Below, in pieces: positions 25,338-33,687 of a DNA stretch of 64,000 bases. The stretch is from Acidimicrobiales bacterium (GTDB taxonomy: Bacteria; Actinomycetota; Acidimicrobiia; Acidimicrobiales; RAAP-2): contig JBPYFR010000175.1 of NCBI GenBank assembly GCA_051985685.1, positions 3,495 to 67,494 on the forward strand, read 5' to 3'. Position 1 is the stretch's first letter. Each line of letters starts with the position of its first letter. The notes under the pieces were generated by a model. The model saw nothing but the letters and a program-made list of their open reading frames with translations, was not told where the DNA came from and did no database searches. The position numbers and the translations under genes are program-made.

Positions 25338-27905
25338 GTGAGTCTCTCTATGGTTCAGCACCAACCTTTTCGGGGCCCTCTGTTCTCGGTTCGGGAGGCG
25401 CTCGGAGTGCGTGAGACCGGAACAGCGAGCCAGGTGGGGGAGCGCGTACAGCACGAGTCCCGTCGGCAGAGGGGCTGGCGCGTGAGCCCGCAACGCACTG
25501 TTCCTCACATCCTCGGATTGGCTTGGGTCGTGGGTGCCGCGATCGTGACGCTTGCACCGGCCCTCCACCACGGACTCTCGCTGGGTCCCTATGACATCTT
25601 GACGCAGTCCGGCCTCACTCGGGTTCCCGGCGCCAGCGTTCGCAACACCGTCAGCGGAGATCAGATCGCAGAGATGATCCCGTGGTCCTCGCTCGCTTGG
25701 AACCAGGTTCACCACGGCCACATACCCCTGTGGAACACCTATACCGGCCTGGGCCTCCCCCTTGCGTTCAACTGGCAGTCGGGAGTGTTCAGCCTGCCAG
25801 CACTGATCAGCTACATCCTGCCCCTCCAGCTCGCCTACAGCGCGCAGATCGTCGTCACGCTGGTCATCGCGGGATCAGGCGCATATGTGCTTGCACGCGT
25901 CCTCGGGGCCGGAGTGCTGGGATGCGCGACGGCCGGAACGGTGTACGAGCTCAGTGGCTCGTTCATGGGATGGCTCGGTTGGCCCCACGCGGCCGTGATG
26001 TCTTGGGCCGGATGGCTCTTCGCCGTGGCCATTCTCATCGTTCGAGGACGCCATCGCGTCCGCTACATCGTCGCGTTCGCTGTCCTCGTCGCTCTGGCTC
26101 TGTATGCCGGCGAGCCAGAGATCTTCACGATGCTGGTCGTCTCCCTCATCGTCTTCACTCTGACGACGTTGATCTCGAATCGAAGAGCGGGAGAAGGTCA
26201 GGGACGCTCCCTGCGCCCTCTGGTGGATTTGTCCTTTGCAGCGCTGGCCGGGGCCGCCCTGGCCGCACCTCTGGCACTGCCCGGTCTGCAGGTGCTCACG
26301 GGGTCGACCCGCAACAATGGAACACTCTTCTCCTCGACCGAGGTGGCGAGAGCCCTGCCCCCGCACGACCTTGTGCATCTGCTCGTCCAGGGTTACAACG
26401 GCCTGCCGCTGGCCGGGAGCATGGTCTTCGACGACGCGGTGTACATGGACACGGCCACGTACGTCGGGCTGATCGCTCTCGCTCTCGCCGTGCTCGGAGT
26501 CTTCCGTCACAGACGCCGACCGGAGACCATCGGGTTCGTTGTGTTGGCCTTGGTGACCTTGGTCATCGTCTACGCGCCACCGGTCCAGCCGTTGTTCGAC
26601 CGGATCCCGCTGGTCCAGACAATCGACTGGCACCGCGATCTCATGATTGTGGGTCTGTGCGCCGCAATCCTGGCCGGTCTGGGCATGGATGCGCTGGTCC
26701 GAACGAGTTCATGGAAGTCGACCCAGCTCATCTTGGCGGGCGTGCTCGCCGGCGGTCTCGTGTTGCTCCTCGTGCTCTGGGTGGCGGACACCTCGGGCCT
26801 CTCTACGCTCGACGCCCGGCTCCGCAGGGACAGTCTCCATTTGCCTCTGCTGACCACCGGATTGGCCCTCGTCGTGGTGACAGTCCTCGCAGCGTGGACC
26901 TCGAGAGCGGCGTCACGGCGGTCCCAGGAAGCCGGCGCCGGACGCAACTCGGTGGGGGCTCTGAGCCCGGGTGACGGTATTCCGGGCGAGAGCGGGCTGT
27001 CGCGGATGCGCCGGCCTTCCGCCGGGCATGTGACGGCAGCACTGCTCCTCCTCCTCGAGACTTCGTTCCTCGTGGCCTCGGGCGCACCCCTGTGGTCGTC
27101 CAACGCGAACGGCGTCCAAGCGACCCCAGCTGTGAAGACACTCGTCCATGCTGTTGGTGCTTCGAGGGTTGGTTTCGGCGCCTTCACTTGCTACGCAGGA
27201 CCCGCGCTGACGAGGCTGGGTGTTCTCCCCGAGTCCAACAGTCTGTTCGGTCTCCACGAGTTCGACTTCTACAATCCGATCCTTCCGCGCGGCTTCTTCC
27301 AATCGTGGCGTGGTGTGAGCGCAAGCTCGCCCGGGGTTCCGATTTACAACTCGTTCTGCCCGGCCTTGACGTCAGCTGCCCAAGCGCGTCGCTTTGGGAT
27401 CCAGTTCGTTCTGGAGCCGGTGGGCGCCCCGGCCCCGAAGGGGGCAGTTTTCGACGAGAAGATCGCCGACGAAGATCTCTATCGGATCCCGGACTCGGCC
27501 GAAGCAGAGCTCGTCCCGCCCACCTCGGCCGGCCATCAAACCTCGACTGATACGTCGGTTGTCCCGGTCACTGTGGAACACCCCTCACCCTCCTCGTTGC
27601 GCATCACCACCTCGAGCACGAGTGATCAGGTTCTCCGTTTGCACCTGACCGACGTGCCCGGGTGGCACGCCACTCTCGACGGACGCCCGTTGCAGCTCGA
27701 GCGATTCGGGGACGTGATGTTCCAAGCTCGGATTCCCGCTGGGCACCACGTCATTGAGCTGCACTACTGGCCGACCCTCTTCACAGTTGGACTCATCCTG
27801 GCCGCAGTCGCGCTCGTCGCGCTCGTTGCGCTGGTGATCGTCTCGGCGCTTCGCCGTCGTGCCGGCGCAGGAATCGAGGCGACGATCGATTCACCAGCGA
27901 TCTAG
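25338..27905 (+). CDS. YfhO-family membrane glycosyltransferase (GT-C), paralogue 2
   Basis: GDQIAEMIPWSSLAWNQVHHGHIPLWNTYTGLGLPLAFNWQSGVFSLPALISY and C-terminal LRLHLTDVPGWHATLDGRPLQLERFGDVMFQARIPAGHHVIELHYWP. The start is uncertain. Confidence 0.8.
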   Translation: MSLSMVQHQPFRGPLFSVREALGVRETGTASQVGERVQHESRRQRGWRVSPQRTVPHILGLAWVVGAAIVTLAPALHHGLSLGPYDILTQSGLTRVPGASVRNTVSGDQIAEMIPWSSLAWNQVHHGHIPLWNTYTGLGLPLAFNWQSGVFSLPALISYILPLQLAYSAQIVVTLVIAGSGAYVLARVLGAGVLGCATAGTVYELSGSFMGWLGWPHAAVMSWAGWLFAVAILIVRGRHRVRYIVAFAVLVALALYAGEPEIFTMLVVSLIVFTLTTLISNRRAGEGQGRSLRPLVDLSFAALAGAALAAPLALPGLQVLTGSTRNNGTLFSSTEVARALPPHDLVHLLVQGYNGLPLAGSMVFDDAVYMDTATYVGLIALALAVLGVFRHRRRPETIGFVVLALVTLVIVYAPPVQPLFDRIPLVQTIDWHRDLMIVGLCAAILAGLGMDALVRTSSWKSTQLILAGVLAGGLVLLLVLWVADTSGLSTLDARLRRDSLHLPLLTTGLALVVVTVLAAWTSRAASRRSQEAGAGRNSVGALSPGDGIPGESGLSRMRRPSAGHVTAALLLLLETSFLVASGAPLWSSNANGVQATPAVKTLVHAVGASRVGFGAFTCYAGPALTRLGVLPESNSLFGLHEFDFYNPILPRGFFQSWRGVSASSPGVPIYNSFCPALTSAAQARRFGIQFVLEPVGAPAPKGAVFDEKIADEDLYRIPDSAEAELVPPTSAGHQTSTDTSVVPVTVEHPSPSSLRITTSSTSDQVLRLHLTDVPGWHATLDGRPLQLERFGDVMFQARIPAGHHVIELHYWPTLFTVGLILAAVALVALVALVIVSALRRRAGAGIEATIDSPAI

Positions 27906-30271
27906 TCGGACCTCGCCGACGTCCTCGCCGCTCTCCGGCGGAACCAGGAGAATGAGAAGGCGATCACGAAGCCGATCACCGTCAAGGCCGCAATGAGGAG
28001 GCCGGCGGTGAATGCCGTCGGCCAATACTCGAGCACGATCACGTGCTGACCGGTAGGGATCCGGGCTTGGAGCATGACCCCGGAATAGCGGCTGAGTTGC
28101 AGCGGCCGACCGTCGATCGTCGCATGCCAACCTGGCACGTCAGTGAGACGGAGTCGGAGGACTGCCGGCACGTGATTATTCGTGGTGAGCTTCCAAGTCG
28201 ACGGACTGGGGGTGTGGACGATGACCGGCCGTCCGGGGGCATCGTCTGAAGGGAGCATCTTTCGGGCTGGCGCGGGCACGAGCGTCGCAGGAGCGGACGC
28301 CGAAACCTCATAGAGGCTTTGGCCGTCGTATCGTCCGAGGAACGAAGCCCCTGGCGGCCCCTTGACATTCGGCGGCTCCAGCACATAGCGGACGCCGAAG
28401 CGCCGTGCCGCCGCAACGGTGGTGACCGCGGGGCAGAAGAGATACAGATAGGCGCTGCCGCCCTCGCTCCCCGTGAGCCGTTGCCAAGACGAAAAGTAGG
28501 TCTTCGGTATGAAAGGGTCGTAGATCGCCAGTTCGTGCACGTCAAAAAGGAGGTTGGCCTGGGGCAAGAACCCAGGCTCCGATCCACCGAAGAAGGTCGA
28601 CCGAATGCACGAGGAGGTTCCGACTCCGACCAGAGCCGATCCGACTTTCCGCTGAAGAGAAGCCACGGCTGGCGTCCTCGGGACAGCACTGGGCACGGAG
28701 GTCCAAAGTGGCATCGCCGAAGCCACAAGAAACGCTGTCTCGCAGGCAAGCAGGACGAACCCCGCGGCCCGGGCTGTCTTCAGCTGCGGTGATCCCCTGG
28801 AGCGCACCGTGTGACCGAGCCACCACACGGACAGAAGGCCCGTGATGGTCGCAGCCAAAGGCCATACGAAGCTCTCGGCTCGGATCCTCGCCTCGTCTGG
28901 CGGGAGATGCCCGCGACCGAAGATCCAGATCCCAATCAACACGAGAGCCATTACAGCGAAACACGCGAAGGCCCACTGTCGGACCCTACGTTCGGCGTGA
29001 TCTCGCACGAGTGCATCGAGCCCAATTCCGGCGAGAACGGACAGGGCAAGGGCCAAGGGCACCGTCGCGAAGGACAAAATTACATTGCCCACGATTGGAC
29101 GGTCGCTGAGAAAGGATGCGATGCTTGGCTGGAGCGCAAGCGGCACCATCACGATGGCAACGACCACCATCCCCTTGACTTCGGGGCGTCGCCAACGGGT
29201 ACCCACCGCGACCACGGCTAGGACGAGGGCGATGACCCCGACGTAGATTGCGGTCCACTCGTAGGACACCTTTCCGAACCAATGGCTGCCGGAGACCGGA
29301 AGCCCGTCAAATCCCTGGAAAATGAATTGCAGGAGGCCGTGGTCGGGTATCGATATCGATGAGTAATTTCCGGTGCCCGCACGTCCGGACTGGTTGAGAA
29401 GCTGCCAACCCGGAAGCAACAACGGCGCGCTCAAGGCGACGCCTGCAGCGCCCGCGACGATGAGGTCGAGCACCGGACGAAGCACCTGGTTCCATCCGCC
29501 GAGGCGGCGGACCTGGTCGACGAGCAGCACGGCGAGAAAGACGGCAAGTCCGACCAAGAGGAGGAACGCCGTCTCAGGGTGACCCGCGTAAATGGACATG
29601 GCGATGGTCAGGGCCAATCCACAGACCCAGCGAAGTCTCGTCCGGCCTCTGACGACGAGCACAGCAAAGGCAAAGATCCATCCTGCCCACGAGCTCACCG
29701 AGGTTGAGGACCAACCGAGGAACGAGAAGACGGGGCCGCTGAGGACGAACACGGTCCCGACCAGTGATGAGGACAGGACCCCAAGGTGAAGCACGCGGCC
29801 GAAGACGTATGCGCCCGTTCCCGCAACAGCGACCGTCACGAGCACACCAACCGTAAAGGCGAACTGGACCGGCACTAGATAGCCAACGAGCTGAGGTAGT
29901 GCCAACGGCGCTGATTCCCAATTGAAGGCCAGAGGCATGCCAAGTCCGCTGTCGGGGTTCCAAAGAGGCAGATGGCCCTGATGGACCTGCGTCCAGACCT
30001 GGTGGGTGAACGGCATGAAGAGCGCGACCAGGTCCCGCTGCGACGGATTGTGCACGACGGCACCCGGTGACGAGGTCACACCAACTGCGGAGAGAATGTC
30101 GTATGGCCCAAGAGAGAGGCCATGGATCAGGGCAGGAATCAGCGGCGCGAGCCCAGCCGCGAGCACCCAGGCCAAGCCGAGGACGTCCCACTTGTAGGCG
30201 CGTCGAACCTTGCCGTGCGACGAGAAGGACCGGAGCGCGTGTTCGGCCCGTTCCTCCGTCACGACTTGCAT
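27902..30271 (-). CDS. YfhO-family membrane glycosyltransferase (GT-C), paralogue 3
   Basis: FTHQVWTQVHQGHLPLWNPDSGLGMPLAFNWESAPLALPQLVGYLVP and C-terminal LRLRLTDVPGWHATIDGRPLQLSRYSGVMLQARIPTGQHVIVLEYWP. Confidence 0.8.
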   Translation of the reverse strand: MQVVTEERAEHALRSFSSHGKVRRAYKWDVLGLAWVLAAGLAPLIPALIHGLSLGPYDILSAVGVTSSPGAVVHNPSQRDLVALFMPFTHQVWTQVHQGHLPLWNPDSGLGMPLAFNWESAPLALPQLVGYLVPVQFAFTVGVLVTVAVAGTGAYVFGRVLHLGVLSSSLVGTVFVLSGPVFSFLGWSSTSVSSWAGWIFAFAVLVVRGRTRLRWVCGLALTIAMSIYAGHPETAFLLLVGLAVFLAVLLVDQVRRLGGWNQVLRPVLDLIVAGAAGVALSAPLLLPGWQLLNQSGRAGTGNYSSISIPDHGLLQFIFQGFDGLPVSGSHWFGKVSYEWTAIYVGVIALVLAVVAVGTRWRRPEVKGMVVVAIVMVPLALQPSIASFLSDRPIVGNVILSFATVPLALALSVLAGIGLDALVRDHAERRVRQWAFACFAVMALVLIGIWIFGRGHLPPDEARIRAESFVWPLAATITGLLSVWWLGHTVRSRGSPQLKTARAAGFVLLACETAFLVASAMPLWTSVPSAVPRTPAVASLQRKVGSALVGVGTSSCIRSTFFGGSEPGFLPQANLLFDVHELAIYDPFIPKTYFSSWQRLTGSEGGSAYLYLFCPAVTTVAAARRFGVRYVLEPPNVKGPPGASFLGRYDGQSLYEVSASAPATLVPAPARKMLPSDDAPGRPVIVHTPSPSTWKLTTNNHVPAVLRLRLTDVPGWHATIDGRPLQLSRYSGVMLQARIPTGQHVIVLEYWPTAFTAGLLIAALTVIGFVIAFSFSWFRRRAARTSARSD

Positions 30272-30450
30272 CGATCGACCCTTCGTGTGGTGGAAGACTC
30301 CAAAACGCCGACGACCTCGGGGACGTCAATCAGGCCAGAGGACCCGCGCTGCCTTGAAGGCGCGCCGGTAGGTGATCTGGGTCGGCACCGGGACGACAGA
30401 TCTGACGGCAGACCGAGCTGGTCCATCCGACTACGGCGGGAGATTTCGGG

Positions 30451-31386
30451 CTACTCGTCATTCCAATTCTCGAGGTTGGCCAGGGAGATGCCCCTTGAAT
30501 GGGAGAAGACGGCGAACAGAACGACGAAGTTCCCGAGCGCTACGAACGAGATGATGAGCAGCCCGAGAAGCGTGGCCGTCGCCCAGCCGGGTATGGCCGT
30601 ACTCGTGAACAGGCGGATCCCGACGACCACCAGCGCGAGGGTGATAGCAAGGGCGAATATCGCGGAAAATGCGGTGAGTGCTCGTACGGCGATTCGGTCT
30701 ACGAACGGCATCAGCATCCGAACACCGTGCATGAACAGCCGAAACATGTTCATGTGAGATCGACCCGCGTACCTCTCGCCGCGAGGACAGGGCACTTGGG
30801 TGGTTGACACGTCCAGTCCGACGAGGGTCGATGAATAACAGAGATCGAAGTACGGATGGGTGAGCATTCGCTTGGCCAGCCAGCCGCGGTAGGCGGCATA
30901 GTTCCCGCTGCGTACCGTCGTTCCCGTCAGTGTGCGGAACATCGCTCGGAAGAAGAAGTAGAGGATCCTGAACCGCACGGACTCCTTTCGCTCCGTGCGC
31001 CGGGCGATGCACAGCATCCCACGGTCATCGGGCGTCGTGAGGAGCGGCTCGACGAGACGCGGAAGATCCTCGGGCCTGTCCTCCCCGTCCGAGTCCATCG
31101 TGACGATCAAATCTGTCTCGAGGACCTCCGGCAGTAGGACGCGCAGTCCGAACACGAGGGCTCGCTGGTGTCCCAGGTTGAAGGGAGGCGTGACCACCCG
31201 AACATCGCTGAACGCCTTTAGTTGCTCGATGTCGTGGTCGTAGCCGGCCGTGTCGTCGATCACCACGAAGTGAACGTCCGATGGGACTGCCACTTCTGCG
31301 CTCGCGACGACGTCCAGGACGTGAGCGCGCAATTGCACAAAGGACACCACGTCCCTGTAACAGGGGCACATCACCCACAGCCTCAT
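30451..31386 (-). CDS. GtrB/CsbB-like GT2 polyprenyl-phosphate glycosyltransferase with two C-terminal TM helices
   Basis: VVIDDTAGYD, PFNLGHQRALVFGL, VTMDSDGEDRPEDLPRL (DxD), and C-terminal helices LTAFSAIFALAITLALVVVGIRLF and ATLLGLLIISFVALGNFVVLFAVF. Confidence 0.8.
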   Translation of the reverse strand: MRLWVMCPCYRDVVSFVQLRAHVLDVVASAEVAVPSDVHFVVIDDTAGYDHDIEQLKAFSDVRVVTPPFNLGHQRALVFGLRVLLPEVLETDLIVTMDSDGEDRPEDLPRLVEPLLTTPDDRGMLCIARRTERKESVRFRILYFFFRAMFRTLTGTTVRSGNYAAYRGWLAKRMLTHPYFDLCYSSTLVGLDVSTTQVPCPRGERYAGRSHMNMFRLFMHGVRMLMPFVDRIAVRALTAFSAIFALAITLALVVVGIRLFTSTAIPGWATATLLGLLIISFVALGNFVVLFAVFSHSRGISLANLENWNDE

Positions 31387-31466
31387 GTCGCCACGCCCCC
31401 TTCCACCCCCGAAAGATTAGTAAAGGCCGGAGCAGAGGAATTAGCAGGAAAGTCCATTCTACCTGG

Positions 31467-33683
31467 TCAGAGGCCAGTTTTGCGAAACGGTTTCGGGCCT
31501 CGGACGCGCGTGAACAACCGTCGTCCCGCGCTGGGCCACCCCTGCTTCGAGGGTGGAGGAGTCCTTGAGGGGGCACGGGTCTGCCGCAGAGCCAGGAGCC
31601 CGATGTCGACGCGCGTGTCTCCCCAGTCACGCACCACCTCCTTCCGGAAGAGCTCGAGCCCGACCGCGGCGCACTCGTCGACGACATCGTGCAGGGAGCC
31701 GTGCGCGGGGAAGTCCTCGACCTCCACGCCGAGATTGAGGTTCCAAAGGTCGTCACCCCCACGCACGAGGTCGATGGTCAACACCACGAGACCACCAAGC
31801 CGCGTGTGGGCGGAGATGTCGGTGAGCAGTGCCCGCCGCGCGGTGGCTGGGACATGCTCGATCACGCTCACCGAGTAAACGCCGTCGAAGGGTGGCCAGG
31901 GCGGCACCTGGTGCAGGGTGCAATTCCACGATCGGTGGGCGAGTCCGACCGCGCCGTAGTCGAGGAAGTCCCACTCGTTCCAGTCCGGTTGTGGCGGCCA
32001 CGAGCGGATTGCGGGTGACGGATCGACCGTGTCCACTACGTAGCCTTGGCTGGTCAGGAACGGAGCCAAGGGAGTGACACCGGCGCCAACGTCGACGAGT
32101 CGACTGCCGGGCGGGAGATGCTCGGCGACCAGTCGGGCCACGACGGGGTATTCCCAGAGCCGGGGGGCGTGATCGGGGTAGAACCGTGTCGTGCCGAGTG
32201 CGTGGATGCGCAGGATGAGGAGCGACCAGGGATCCGGGTGCCGAAGGGCCAAAGGCGCCAGCGTGGCGGGTGGGAAATCGCGGGGGTGCTTGTTCTCCGG
32301 CGCCCGGAGCAGGACGAAGGTCGCCACAGAGCCCCGAGACTGCACCGGGTAGATCTCTGCATCCGGAGCGACCCGCTGCAGGGTGACCGAGAGCGGCTCA
32401 CCGGTGAACTCGAATCCGGCGTTGAGGCTGCCATGAAGATCTTCGTAGCCCCGGATCACGAGCGCATGACGGGTCGACCGCCAGAGCAGACCCAACAGGT
32501 CCCGATATCCCTCTGCGCCCATCGGAGAGATCAGCTGTCCGAGGCAGAGGACGAGGTCGGCTTCGTTCCCGTCCCGGGCCAGCGCACGCAGCGCCTCTTT
32601 TGTCGTGCCCATACTCGTGTACCGCTCGATCGCGGGGTGCCGATCCATGCCACTGTCGGCACCGACGTCGAGCACGGTTGCAGGCTCGACGGCATCGACG
32701 AGTGCGGCCACGATCGTCTGCACATCGTCGTCGATCGGCTCTGGTGGTAGCCCAGACAGCCACGCCCCAAAGGTGACCTCTGGTGCGGCATTCGTCCAGA
32801 CCTCGCGCACGGCGTCGTTGACGACACCGATCTGCTCGTCAATGGAGGCGGCTCCGGTGCTTCGGACCAGGCCGCGCCGATCAACCTCCCAGTGATAGTG
32901 GATGGCGGCCGGCCGGGGCGGATCGGGCGGAATCCGCGATGGGTCGTGCGTGGGCGTGTTCCATCGCACGTCGAGTGGGACGGATGTGACACCCTCGGCG
33001 GTCAGCGCCAGCGCCATCGCAACTTGGTCGACGTGGACGCTCCACTCCTCGAGCAATTCGGTTCCGTCGAGGAGCCAGCGGGCCCAGTGGGCCCAGGCGG
33101 TCGCCACCCGGGACAGCAGGGAACCTGGCACGAGATAGAGCCCGCCGTTGTTGTTGCCGGCCACGGTCCGTTGGTCGGGCCCCCAAGGCAGGGGCACGGT
33201 CGGCGGGGCCGTCAGGCCCGCAGCGGCGAAGACGTCGAGGAGGACGCCCAACGGCGGGAGGGGTGCATCTACCACCTTGCCGGCGACGGCGTCGGGAAGA
33301 AGGTCGATTCCGCGCGGATCCTCGAGCACCGCAACATCGGTGTCGCAGAGGATGGCCAGTCCGTCGATGCTGTCCTCGGCCAGGCGCAGGGCCCCTGCGA
33401 TCTTGTTGCAGTGGGGAGAACGGTTGTCAAAGGGATCGACAGGGCGCACATTGACTCCCTGAGACCTCAGGAAATCGAGGACCTCCGACGAGGTTGAGCC
33501 GACTGTGTGCACGACCAGATCACTCGGGTGGACACCCGCATTGGTGGTCAGGGAGGCGTACCACCGTAATGCCTCGAGGTGGAAGCGCGGATGGCCGTCG
33601 ACCACGCAGGCGAACCGTCCTCGGTACGAGCTCGTGTGACACGAGAGGAAGGTCGACGTCGCTCGACTGGTCTGCGCGGGCAA
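31467..33683 (-). CDS. Three-module protein: N-terminal GT-A (GT8-like) nucleotide-sugar transferase-like domain, a degenerate MTase-like segment, and a C-terminal class I SAM methyltransferase
   Basis: N-terminus: AILCDTDVAV (DxD), NNNGGLYLVP, IHYHWE. Middle: TVLDVGADSG...DLVLCLGQLI. C-terminus: RLVDVGAGVTPLAPFL...FDGVYSVSVIEHVPATARRALL...GGLVVLTID. TTG start at 33683 lies 4 nt after the upstream stop. Confidence 0.7.
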   Translation of the reverse strand: MPAQTSRATSTFLSCHTSSYRGRFACVVDGHPRFHLEALRWYASLTTNAGVHPSDLVVHTVGSTSSEVLDFLRSQGVNVRPVDPFDNRSPHCNKIAGALRLAEDSIDGLAILCDTDVAVLEDPRGIDLLPDAVAGKVVDAPLPPLGVLLDVFAAAGLTAPPTVPLPWGPDQRTVAGNNNGGLYLVPGSLLSRVATAWAHWARWLLDGTELLEEWSVHVDQVAMALALTAEGVTSVPLDVRWNTPTHDPSRIPPDPPRPAAIHYHWEVDRRGLVRSTGAASIDEQIGVVNDAVREVWTNAAPEVTFGAWLSGLPPEPIDDDVQTIVAALVDAVEPATVLDVGADSGMDRHPAIERYTSMGTTKEALRALARDGNEADLVLCLGQLISPMGAEGYRDLLGLLWRSTRHALVIRGYEDLHGSLNAGFEFTGEPLSVTLQRVAPDAEIYPVQSRGSVATFVLLRAPENKHPRDFPPATLAPLALRHPDPWSLLILRIHALGTTRFYPDHAPRLWEYPVVARLVAEHLPPGSRLVDVGAGVTPLAPFLTSQGYVVDTVDPSPAIRSWPPQPDWNEWDFLDYGAVGLAHRSWNCTLHQVPPWPPFDGVYSVSVIEHVPATARRALLTDISAHTRLGGLVVLTIDLVRGGDDLWNLNLGVEVEDFPAHGSLHDVVDECAAVGLELFRKEVVRDWGDTRVDIGLLALRQTRAPSRTPPPSKQGWPSAGRRLFTRVRGPKPFRKTGL

Positions 33684-33687
33684 GTCG

